Below, in pieces: positions 35,565 to 47,512 of a stretch of DNA of 64,000 bases. The position numbers and the translations under genes are program-made. This DNA is from Phaeosaccion multiseriatum (Eukaryota; Protista; Ochrophyta, other classes). The notes under the pieces are model-generated. The model searched no databases, was not told the DNA's origin, and saw only the letters and a program-made list of their open reading frames with translations. The DNA lies in contig OZ218950.1 in assembly GCA_965112735.1 (NCBI GenBank), forward strand, positions 7,316,001 to 7,380,000. The letters run 5' to 3'. Every line of letters starts with the position of its first letter. Within the stretch, counting starts at the first letter, position 1.

Positions 35565-38500
35565 ATGTCGTCCGCGGTGTCTCGCGTGACCAATGCCACC
35601 AAGTCGGCGCTCAACTGGGTGCAGGACATCGAGCAATCCGAGATGCGGGGCCTGCACAACTTCATCCTCGACATTCGGAACTGCAATAATAGGTCTGTGA
35701 CAACAAGGGGTTTTCTCCCGGGCTCCCGGTGGGAGGGGGGGCGAATCATCTACCGCAGGCACACGATTATAACTGTCTGCTGAACATCGCCCTTCGCTTC
35801 AGTTCTCATCTCCTTCTCGGCGTCCCTCTCCTCCCTCTCTCTCTCTCTCTCTCCCTCTCCCCCTCTCTCTCGCTCCTCTCTTCGCTCTCTGTCCATCTCC
35901 CTCTGTGTGTGTGTCCCTCTCTCTCTGTCTGTATCCCTTTCTCTGTCTCTCTCTATCTCCTCGCGTCGTAGGGAGCAAGAACAGGCTCGAGTGGATAAGG
36001 AGATGGCCAACATCCGAGCCAAGTTCACCAACACCCCCTCCCTCAACAGCTACAGCAAGAAGAAGTAAGTGAGCCTACACGTCCATTCCCTCCACAGCTG
36101 CGCTGCAAAGAAGAAGGAGAACTGTGGCCCATTGGGCCATTGCTTCAGGCGTGTCATCAGGCAGAGGGAGTGCGGCATCGTGGAATGGAATGTGGCACCT
36201 TGGAATGTGGCGGCACCCTTTAGTGGCTGAGGTCACCGCTTCAGAATATGTTCGTTGGGCTGTACCGGAAGGCAAACATGCTGGCGACAGACGGAGGGGC
36301 GAGGGGACATGCGCACGGTCTTCCACTCCTCCACCCCACTCCGTTCCGCCTCCACCAGCAGTGGGCGGGAGAGAGAGAGGGAGAGAGAGAGAGAGAGGGA
36401 GCGAGCGAGCGAGCGAGAGAGAGAGAGAGAGAGAGCTAGAGCGAGAGAGAGAGAGCCAGAGCGAGAGAGAGAGAGAGAGAGAGAGAGCTAGAGAGAGCGA
36501 AAGAGAGAGAGCGCCATGGAGGCATATGGGCAGAGGGGTAGCGTTGGCCGAAGCGAAGCGCTGTGTACCTTTGTCGCTGCTCCCCTTATGGGGCCCTTCT
36601 GGGGGGGTACTCAACTATTGACACCTCACACCTCACACCCACGCCGACATCGTGCCGTTCCTCGGTGTGACGCTTCTTCTCCCATGGCTCTTCTCCACCC
36701 CCTCAGGTACGTGTGGAAGCTTATCTACATGTTCATGCTCGGCTACGAAGTCGACTTCGGCCACATGGTGATGATCTCCCTCATCTCCAGCGCCAAGTTC
36801 AGCGAGAAGAACGTGGGCTACACAGCGGTGTCCTTGCTCGTGCGGCCTGGCGACGAAATGATGACGTTGGTCATCAACACCATGCGCAACGACCTCACCA
36901 GCCACAGGTAGGGTATAGGGTATAGAGTACGGGAATGGGAATGGGGCATGGGGTATGGGGTGTGGGATAGAGCTGCCAAAGGCGAAGGAAGCGCTTGTCA
37001 ACGGCCCCCTCCTCATGTCCATGGACTGCCTTCTCCCTCCCCCTCCCAGCAACCCCTCTCAGACGCTCGCTCTGTCCTCCATGGCCAATCTTGGGGGGGT
37101 GGACCTCGCCACCGCGCTCATGCCAGGTAAGGGTAAGGGCGGGAGTGGGTGTATGGGTGCGTGTGTGGGTGGGCCGGAGCGTCTGACGCAGAGAGACTCT
37201 GAAGAGCGGCTCTGTTGAAGAGAGCCCTGATCTGATCTGAAACGCTTTTGCCCCCCCGTGTCACGCTCTCTTCCTTGACGCAACAGACGTGCAGCGGCTT
37301 CTCTTCTCCTCCACCACGGACCCCTACGTGCGCAAGAAGGCGGCGCTGTGCGTGCTACGCTTCTTCAGGGACGCACCCGACCTCATCGACCACAACGAGT
37401 GGAGCGACAGAATGGCCTCGCTGCTCGAGGACAAGGTAAGGTATATGGGGGGTGTATGGGAGGTGTATGGGCAGGTATATGGGAGGTGTATGGGCAGGTA
37501 TATGGGAGGTGTATGGGCAGGTATATGGGAGGTGTATGGGCAGGTATATGGGAGGTGTATGGGCAGGTATATGGGAGGTGTATGGGCAGGTATATGGGGG
37601 GTGTATGGGCAGGTATATGGGAGGAGTATGGGCAGGTATATGGGAGGTGTATGGGCAGGTATATGGGAGGTGTATGGGCAGGTATATGGGGGGTGTATGG
37701 GCAGGGCCGGCGGCAGGGGGCGCGGAGGAGGGGAGAGAGGGAGGGAAGGAGGGAGAGAGAGGGGGAGAGGGGCGAATGGAGCTGTGGGCTGCAGGGGGGG
37801 GGGGGGGCGGCAAAGACAGAGGCTCCCAACGCCCCCACCGCCCCCCTTCCCTCCTTCCCTCCTTCCCTCCTTGGCTCTTTTATTGACTGTCCTCCCCCTC
37901 ATGTGCGTCTATTCCATCTATTCGGTGTCTCACTTTCACCCCCCCATCCACTGCCACCACCCCCCCGCAGCACCTCGGCGTGGTGACGTCAGTGATGGCG
38001 CTGCTGCTCTCAGTGGCTGGCAGGGAGTCCCCCCCCTACCTGCTGCTCGTGCCCTATGTGATCCACCTCCTCACGCGCCTCGTTGTGCACCGCACCACCC
38101 CGGCCTCTTACAAGTACTACGGCACAGCAAGCCCCTGGCTGCAGGTAAGTCAACAAAGGGAGGGTGGTGGAGGGGCAGTCAGTCAGGGCACTTGCAGAGG
38201 AGGGCTGAGGGGGTAAGCATGCTCTCCATGGGGGGGTCTCCAGGGGGGGTCTCCAGGGGGGGGTCTCCAGGGGGGCTCTCCAGGGGGCTCTCCAGGGCTG
38301 AAGCAGAGAGACCGCACAGCCTCTCATGTGCGTCGCCACTCTCTTTCTCTCTTTCTCTCTTTCTCTCTTCTCTCTCTTCTCTCTCTCCCCTCTCCCTCGT
38401 CGCCGCTCTCTTCTCTCTCTCCTCTCTCTCCTCTCTCTGTCCCTCTTCCTCCCCCCCCTCTCTCTGTATGACCAACAGGTGAAGCTGCTGTCCTTCTTGC

Positions 38501-38739
38501 AGCTGTACCCGTGCCCTCCCGACGCCACGCAGCAGGAGAACCTCAACAAGGTCAGGAGGGAGGGTAGGGGGGGGCTCACGCATACATGCGCGCAAATACA
38601 CACATACACACACAGAGAGACGCACACGCAGAGAGAGATGTTGAGCAGAGTTCCCCACCGACCGATGGAGCGCAGCGCAATAGAGAAGAGGTCAGGTCAG
38701 TCAGTCAGTCAGGCTGTTCGAGTCTCATGTCATGCGGTT

Positions 38740-38775
<36 letters not shown>

Positions 38776-41689
38776 CGTGCGTGTCCCCCGCTCCTCTCAG
38801 GCGCTGGACACTATCCTGGACCGCACTGAGATGAGCTCAGTAGTGAGCAAGCTTCACGCCGACCACTCCATCCTCTTCGAAGCCATCAATCTCATCGTGC
38901 ATTACGGGCAGGGGGGAGGACAGAATGGACAGGATGGCAGCCTAGGGCAGGGCCTGCGTGCCAAGGCCTTTGAGAAGCTCGGCACGTTCATAGGGGCTGA
39001 CGAGGGGGCAGCCGTTAAGGTAGGTGGAGGCATATGGGGGGGGGGGATGAGTGCGTGTGTGTGCTTGTATGCATGTGTGTGAGTGTGTGAGTGTGTGTAT
39101 ATACGCACTTATGTAAGCATGTGTGCGTCCCCTTGGTGCGTGCCCTTGGGTTGTCTCCTCCCTGCAAAGTGTCGAAAGAGCAAAGCAAACGAGTGCTCCT
39201 CTGAAACTGACTGACCACTGCATACCCTCTCAGGAGCCCAACATCAGATACCTGGGGCTGGAGACCATGTCCCGCCTGGCCCGGCTTGAGGGCGGACACA
39301 CCATCAAACAGCACCAGGCCACTGTGACCAAGAGCCTCCGAGACGCCGATGTGAGCGTGTGCAGAAGGGCGTTGGATGTCCTCTTCGTCATGTGTGACGG
39401 AGAGAATGCAGTAGGTGAGTGAGTGAGTGAGTGAGTGAGTGAGTGAGTGAGTGGGTTGAGGGAGGCAGTGAGTGAGTGAGTGAATGAGTGCGTGAGGAGA
39501 AGAGGGAGTGAGTAAGTGAGTGAATGGGTGAATCCGGCAGGATCTCTGTCTATCTATCTATCTATCTATCTATCAATCTATCTATCTATCCATCTATCAA
39601 TCTATCTATCAATCTATCTATCCATCCATCTATCCATCCATCTATCTTCTTTATATATATCTTATCTATCAGTCTATCTGTCGGTCTGTCTGTCCACGGG
39701 CGTAGGCCAAAGGGGGCACAGCGGTGGGGCGAGTTCCTACCCATCTCAAAGGGAAATGACTCTGACTCGCTTCTCATGGTGTGCATCCATCTATCCATCC
39801 ATCCAACTGTGAGTCAGGCATCGTGGAGAACCTCTTGGAGCACTTGGTGGTGTGCGACGAGAGCGTCAGGGAAGAGATGGTGCAGAAGATTGCCATCCTC
39901 GCAGAGAGGTACCAGGGGCAGGGGGAGCAGGGGGAGCAGGGGGGCGGGGGGGACTTGCGCTGGTACGTGGACAAGATGTTGAATATGATCTCCATCGCAG
40001 GGAGCGATGTGTCGCACGACGTGTGGCATCGCATCATTCAAATCGTCACCAACCACAAGGAGCTGCAGGCATACGCCGCAGAGGTGCGTGGGGGGCATGG
40101 AAGGGCATGGGAGAGCATGGAAGGGCATGGAAGGGCATGGAAGGGGTCGTGCTTGGGACTGACTCTTTTCTCTCTCGCTCCTCTCGCTCCCGCCCTCTCT
40201 ATATATCCCTCTCTCTCTCTCCCGCCCTCTCTATATATCCCTCTCTCGCTCCCGCCCTCTCTATATATCCCTCTCTCTCGCTCGCTCGTCTCTCTGCCGG
40301 CGCCCCCCTGCTTGCTCCATGTGTGTGCGTGTGTGCAACAAACAGCGCCTGTACACCGCTCTGCAGGGGGCAGGAGTGCACGAGACCGCCGTTTCCGTCG
40401 GCGGTGAGTCCTTTGAGTCCTTGTCAATCATGGACGCGTTGATGCAGTCGAGCCGTTCGTCAGCCCTGTGAAGGAGCGAAACTCAGGCTCTGCTTGTGCT
40501 AAGGTGTCGTGTTTCCGCTCCCTCGTGCCTCTGTCCTCGGCCATCCATCCCCTGCCACCCCCGCTCAGGGTACATCCTGGGTGAGTTCGGCTACACCATT
40601 GCAGAGCAAATCAGCGGCCAGCAACAGTTCGACGTTCTGCACTCGCACTTCTACTCGGTGAGTGGCCTTATCTTGCCAAGGTGCACATGTTGCACAAACA
40701 TGGAGATGTAGAGCGTCGCCCTGAGTGAGTCCAGCACCGCTCGTGGCTGACTCCTCGTCTACTCCTCTCCTCTCCTCTGCTCCTCTCCTCCCGCCACCCT
40801 CCTGCAGGTCTCAAATGCGACGAAGGCGCTGCTGCTGTCCACGTACATTAAGCTCTCCAACTTCTATCCCGAGGTGAGGGCACATCGAAAAGAAAGTCCG
40901 ACTGGAGAAGCCTACTGTGCTATGCTGTATGCCCAACTGCTGTACCTCTTCCTCTTGCTGTATGCCCAACTGCTGTACCTCTTCCTCTTGTTCTATGCCC
41001 AACTGCTGTACCTCTTCCTCTTGCTGTATGCCCAACTGCTGTACCTCTTCCTCTTGCTGTATGCCCAACTGCTGTACCTCTTCCTCTTGCTGTATGTCCA
41101 ACTGCTGTACCTCTGCCTCTCTCTCAGTGCGTCAGCGCGGCCCTGTCTGTGTTCTCGAAGTTCTCCACTGACCACGACTTGGAGCTGCAGCAGAGGGCGT
41201 GCGAGTACATGCAGGTTGGTTAGCAAAGCATGCCGAACCCGCACATCACCATACATCGCTCAGCACCAAGTCGGATATCCGGACCGGCCGACCCCCCCTC
41301 TCAGACGGCTGGAGTCTTTTGAGTCGATGTCATCTGTAGTACGCCTCTAACATGCCCCTCTCTCCTCAGCTCCTCAGCTGCCTTTCCTGGCCTCTCACCT
41401 GCCCCCCATATGCCTCTAACATGCCCCTTTCTTCTCAGCTACCCCTGCTGGATTCTAATGTGCTTCTAACATGCCCCTCACATGCCTCTAACATGCCCCT
41501 CTATCCTCAGCTGCCCCAGCTGGACTCTGGCGAGCTCATGGAGGAGGTGCTGAAGGAGATGCCCAAGTTCAACGAAGACAGAGAGTCCGGTGAGTCATCA
41601 CAGTACCGTTCAGTACCGTTCAGCACCGTACAGCACAGTCCAAACCTCAGCGCGCTCTCTCTCTCTGCCTCTCTCTGCCTGTCTCTCTC

Positions 41690-41742
<53 letters not shown>

Positions 41743-43997
41743 GTCTCGCTCTGTCTCTCTCTGTCCTCTTTGTCTCTGTCTCTGTCCTCTCTGTCTCTCT
41801 TTTCTCTCTCTGTCCCTCTCTCTCGGTCCCTCTCTCTCGGTCTCTCTCTCGGTCTCTCTCTCGGTCTCTCTCTCTACCTCTTTCCTCCCTCCCTCTGCCC
41901 TCTCTGCCTCTCTCTCTCTCTTCATGGGGATCTCACACCATCTCTCTTTCCTTGCCCCTGCTCTGCTCTGGTCTATGCTATGCTGTGCCCATACGCCTCT
42001 GCTGCATCACCAACTGCTGCATCACCAACCTGTGATGACAGGCCCCGAGGCGGCTCTGAGGCGCAAATTGGAAGAGGCCGAGAAGGGGGCAGGGGCGGTG
42101 GCGGAGGGGGACAACAGAGGGGGAGAGCAGGGGGGGGGCGATGCGGGCAGCGACACAAGTGAGAGTGATGGCTCCGATGAAGGAGACGGGGAGAGGGGCA
42201 GCGGCAGCGGCCAGTACAGCAACGGACAGCAGGTGCGTACATACGTGCGTACATACGTTTGTTACGTAAGCTTAGTGCTGGGGAGCGGCCCTGCTGCCCC
42301 CCCCCCCAAGGGCCGAGGGAAGGCCAAGTGCCAAGCTTTGAGTGCTTACCCCCCTCCCCTTTGAGCGCTTGCCTCCCGCCAACCCGTTTGTTCATGTGAT
42401 TGTTTCTCGTCCTCCCTGCGCAGCTCACGAGCAACGACTTGCTCGGTGTGGAGGACGACTACAGCAGCAGTCATATGGGCAGCAGTCATATGGGCGAGCC
42501 CTTGCCCCCCACTCCGCCTCAACCACAGACGGGCAGCTACTTGGGGGGGGGGTTACCCAACATGGGGGCCATGGCGTCAGTGTCGGGCTATAGCAATGGC
42601 AACGGGGGAGCGCTGCTGGACCAAGGCAATGAGGGGGGAGGGGGGGGCGGAGAGGGCGAAACCGTCGGTGAGTCATCAGAGGAGAGAAAAGAGTGTGCAG
42701 GCTGCCACCATCCACTGCCATCCACTGCGATCCGCTGCCATCCACTAACTGTGCGCGCCCCATCCGTCGGTGTGTGTGTGTGTCCATCCGCTGCCATCCA
42801 TCCTCCTTGTCCAACGAACAGGTGTGCCCGTGAGCATGGTGCCTCAGCTGAAGCGCTGGTTCAACACAGCGAGTGTGAGCGGCAAGGGGCTGCTGTTCGA
42901 GGACGCCTCCTACCGCCTCGGCGTGGTGCACGACTTCATCGGCTCGCAGGGGAGAATCATGCTGTACCACTTGAACAAGACCGACAAGCCGCTAGACGCT
43001 CTCAAGGTGGGGAGGGGGTAGCCTGAAGCTTGCCCCCACAGCTCAGCTCCACCCGCTCACATACTTTTATCCTTTCGTGGACTCCTTTCCCCTCCCCTCC
43101 CCTCCCCCCCTCAGGTGGCCATGCCCCCTGTCGAGTACCTCCGCAGCCAATTCAAGGAGCCGCAGCCCTCCTCCGTCCCCGCCGGGGGCCAAGCGGTGCA
43201 GGAGCTGCGTGTGGAATGCCTCAAGCCCTTCAAGGGTGCCCCGGAGCTTACGGTGTCCTTCGAGTCAGGACAGAGCCACGCATACAACCTCCGCCTCCCC
43301 ATCGTTGCCTCCTCCTTCATGCAGGTGCGTGTGTGTGCATGCGTGTGCATGCGTGTGTGCGTGTGTGTGTGTGCGTGCGTATGCATGCGTGTGTGCGTGC
43401 GTGTGTGTGCGTGCTGTGCGTGCGTGTGCGTGCGTATGTGCGTGCATGTGTGCGTGCGTGTGTTAGTGTGTAGGACCTGACACCTGGTCCCGACCCGCCA
43501 TCCACTGCCATTCCCCAGGCGATGCCTCTCTCCTCTGCGGACTTCTTCTCCCGCTGGGATGGGCTGCAGCACACAGAGCAGCAGGACGCGCTGAGCACGG
43601 AGGGGATGGCAGCGGATGGGGACCTCTCCCTCCTGACTCAGCGCGTGGGCTCCCTGCTGGGGTCGGGTATGCACATGGGCCTGGTGGAGACATCCCCCTC
43701 TGACGGGTCTGACAACACGGCAAGGGCCACGGCCTCCTTCTGCACAGGGTCGGTGAGTGGCCATGACAATTCTCTGTCCTTTATCCTCTGCCCTGTCTGA
43801 CTGTCGCATTTCCCCCCCCCCTGCCCCTCTGACTGCAGGTGGGCCCCTCGGGTCAGAAGATCAGCGTGGGCACCATGGTGTGTGTGTGGGTGGAGGCGCA
43901 GCAGCTGCGCGTGTGTGTGCGCGCCACTCACCCCCAAGTGTCAGAGGCGCTGCTCATGATTCTGAGGGTGCAGCTCAGAGCACTGCTCGACGGCTGA
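35565..43997 (+). CDS. AP2A: AP-2 adaptor complex alpha subunit (alpha-adaptin), about 20 exons
   Basis: MRGLHNFILDIRNC, RVDKEMANIRAKF, KKKYVWKLIYMFMLGYEVDFGH, VRKKAALCVLR, SPWLQVKLL, EPNIRYLGLETM, VWHRIIQIVTN, ELQQRACEY, and appendage GLLFED and LRLPI motifs. Stop TGA at 43995-43997. Confidence 0.96.
37441..37703 (+). repeat. 23-bp minisatellite (~11 copies, GGCAGGTATATGGGAGGTGTATG) immediately after an AP2A donor site
   Basis: Direct inspection. It starts 5 nt into the intron that begins GTAAG at 37436. Confidence 0.95.
40925..41112 (+). repeat. 33-bp minisatellite (~5.5 copies, CTGTATGCCCAACTGCTGTACCTCTTCCTCTTG) in an AP2A intron
   Basis: Direct inspection. It ends just before the acceptor at ~41127, and the units contain no AG. 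Confidence 0.95.
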
Positions 43998-44022
43998 GTG
44001 GACTGAGTGGACATGGCACAAG

Positions 44023-44118
44023 CGGCTGAGTGAGCACGGCTGAGTGAGCACGGCTGAGTGAGCACGGCTGAGTGAGCACGGCTGAGTGAGCACGGCTGAG
44101 TGAGCACGGCTGAGCACG
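44023..44118 (+). repeat. 14-bp tandem repeat (GCACGGCTGAGTGA, ~6 copies) just 3' of the AP2A stop
   Basis: The unit resembles the stop-codon context GACGGCTGAGTGGA at 43989-44002. Confidence 0.9.
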
Positions 44119-44712
44119 GGGGAGTGGGTCGGCAGAGGGGCGACTAAACACACGGCCGAGGGGATGGAGGGTTAGGGCCACACACTGCCGAGGGGATGGA
44201 GGGAGGGCCACACACTGCCGTTACGCTGGGGCAGTGCTCTGCGGGTGTTGATGATACGCATGCCCTCTCCCGTACCCCAATCAGCTGCCCAAGTTGCCTA
44301 AGCAGCAGGAGGCGCGTTAGGAGAGAGGAAGAGAGCCAAGCCCCTGGCACAAGCAAGCAACAAGGCTTTGCTCGACTTTCTCTCTTGCTTTGCTGTCTTC
44401 GACCCCGTCTTTTATTCTTTAGAGACTAAAGACGACCAAAGCAAAGGCCGAGGCCGATCCACACCTCCACACCGACGCGGTGCAGAGATGAGAGACACAC
44501 ACACACATAGTTCAGATGTATTGCAGCAAGTACGTGGAGGAAGTGCGCGCGTGCATGCCGCCGTGTGAGCTTGCGCAGCGACGCCGCAGCTTCGAGCCTC
44601 CCCTTTGTACTTTGTACCCCCCCCTTGGTGCCTGGGTAGGTGCTTCCCACCCATAACCTTACATAATACATGAAAAGACGCCGGCGCACCCCGCCCCCCA
44701 CTGTTTCTTTTG

Positions 44713-47469
44713 TCACTCCTTGTTCGTGGCTTGTGGAGCAATAGCGATGGCCATCCCCTCCACCCAGTGCTTGTCGTCCCCGTTGTAGTACTCGTAGGCG
44801 CGAGAGCTGCTGCCTCGAAACAGCCCGGGAGACGCCGCCAGACAGTCGAAGGAAATCTGCGTAGAGGAAGGTAAGGGCCAAAGGAAGGAGGCAAGGCAAG
44901 AACGGGAGAAAGTCTGTGCTCAGTGCTCAGTCGAAGGAAGGAGCGGGGAGTGGTGCGATGCATTGCTCTCTCGGGCCTCTCTCCATGCCGCTGGACCAAG
45001 ACACCCACAAACACACCCGACCCTGGCCTCGCTGCTGCTCTCACCCCCCCCCCCCTCTCACCCACCTGAATGGTCTGTGCTGGCTCCAGCCCGTCCCAAT
45101 ACAGCGTCACGACATTTCCCTCCCTGACCTCGAAGGCGGCCACTTGTCCTGCCCTCCTGAGCTCAGAGAGCCGGCCCAAGCGTGGCTCCAGACCAAAGGG
45201 GAGCCCAATCTCGGCCACCACCATGCCCGTCCGGCGGGAGGGGGAAGCGTTGTGTATCGCTGCTACAACGTCCACGGCCTCTCCCACAGCGCTGCGGGCG
45301 AAGGTCTCTGTGCCAACCGTGATTCCCCCCTCGGAGGCTTCCTCCTTCTCCTTAGAGGCGTCGCTGCCAGCTGTGAGCAGGTGTGTGCGTAAGTGGACAG
45401 GGGCAGCTCCGGTGGAGGGCGGCAGCAACACACGCCACGAGAGTGCAAGGGACCAAGGCAGTTTCGCCTCTCCCCCAGAAGAAGAAGAGGAAGAGGTCTG
45501 ACGTCTGGCCTCACCCTCGCCCCCCTCCCCCTCCTCCTTGCCCTCCTTCAGCGGGTGGTGGTACAGGCGGAGCGTGTAGGGCATACCCGGCAGCAGCTGC
45601 GGGAGGAGGCCCTCTGTGGGTAGAGGCAAGGGCCTTCCCGCCCTCTCAGCGAGAGTGGCCTTGTCGAGGCGAGTAGAGCTTGATGCCAAGGTGCCTGTGG
45701 CTGCTGCGTCGAGGCTGAGTTCAATCAAAGAAGGGTGGACGTTGCTCGATCTGCGGCGACAAGGCGCGAAGGAGAAGAGGAAGGGAGCGTAATGAGAGAG
45801 AGAGACAGAGACAGAAGCAGCGAGAGAAGAGAGAAGGAGACAAACACAGTATCTGACAGTATCAGTGCCCCCCTCTGAGTGCCCCCCTCTCAGTGGACTT
45901 GGCCCAATGAGCCTCACCTCCTGTCCTCGTAGGCGAGAATGGCCTTGAGGGCGAGCACCGTGCCTTGCGTGCTGCCGAACACTCCACCGCTACACTTGCC
46001 GGCGAGCCATCGCACCCCCTTCTCTGTGGCCTCTACCCACTCGCCCTCCCCCTCCCCCTCGCCCGTCTCCTCCTCCTCCTCGTCCTCCTCGTCCGTGAGC
46101 CAGGCGAGCAGTGCGATGGCCGTGGTCTCAATCACGAGCGGAGTGTTGCGAGAGCTCGTGATGGACGTCTCGGCGCCTGTGAAGAAAGGATGGGAGGGGA
46201 GAGGTGAGAAGAGGGGAGGGGAGAGAGGGGCGAAAGAACAAGACAAAGGAAGAGAAAACGGGTAGAGAGTAGCGAGCGAGGGGGGGGAGAAGCGGTGGCA
46301 AAACATGCCGAGCACACGTTAAGTAAGCAAGGATACGTCCACTGGGGTATGTCCACTTGGGAATGCCCAAGAAAGCTTGAAAGCTTCCCCCCCACCCCCG
46401 ACCGTCGTACCTCCCACGGCCCCGTCCTCTGCCTGCAGGCCCTTGAGTCTCCTTGCGAGTGTGCGTCCCTCCTCCCTCCTCCCATCCGCGAACATGGTGG
46501 CCGCTGCAAGGCCGAGCTCGTACGGGTCCTTGAATGAGAGGGCGTTGACACGCGCCCACAGAGCGTCGATCTCTCGGTCCATCTCTCCGCCCCCCCCCAG
46601 CCCCGCGGACACGAGCGAGTAAATGATGTAGGCATCTGTGAGTCCTGCGGGGGCGTATCCGAACCCGTCAAGCGCCGCCTTGTCCTGCTTGAAGCCGCCC
46701 TCCCCGTCCCTGCGGCCAAGGATCCACTTCTTTGTGCGTTGCACCACCTCGTCCATACCATCCACCACCTGTCCCTGCAACGGGGGTAGGTACGGGGAAA
46801 CGAAGGGTTTGGGTTAGGCTCCCTTGTCAGAGGCGAGATGGGGGACAGCACTCAAGTCATCATCCATCCGCTACCACTCTTGACGGCGCAGACAAGACAA
46901 ACATTACTGCCTCCCCCTCCTCTCCCTCCTCAACGTACCAGGACGGGTACCATGTCAATGAACTGAAGCAAACCGTACGCAGTCAGTGCCTCGTGGGCGG
47001 GCGCCCTCCCAAACCACTCGAAGCCGCCCCCCTCGCTCTCGAAGGCGAGCAGCTTCTTGTACCCCGACTGGAGGTGAGCGAGTGCCCTCTCCCTGAGGCC
47101 TTTGTTGCTCTCGCTCTGGTGCTTGTCGAGGTAGCGCAGCGCTATGACCATGGGGTAAGTTGTGGCGGAGGTCTGCGAAGGGTTGGGGATAGTGCATCAT
47201 AGGGTTGGGGTTAGTGACATAAAGGGAGATGCCTGCCACACAAGGGCTTGCAGTCAACGGTGTATACACAAGAACATGTACGCGAGGATTCAGTCCCACA
47301 CGCCCAGGGCGCATTTCATCCAAAACAACTCATACGGCACGACGCACTGAAGTCACAGATGGCAGCGACACATGAGCGACACACACACACACATACACAC
47401 ACACATACACACACAGACACACACACACGCACACACAGACACACACTCACACACACACACATACACACA

Positions 47470-47512
<43 letters not shown>

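Noticed and set aside
37289-38482. 397-aa ORF with GRYMGGVWAG repeats
   Set aside because: It is read-through from an AP2A exon into the intronic 23-bp satellite. Alpha-adaptin continuity requires splicing at 37436.
40811-41350. 11-aa repeat ORFs (QQEEEVQQLGI / YAQLLYLFLLL)
   Set aside because: They are translations of the 33-bp intronic minisatellite, and the flanking AP2A exons join without them.
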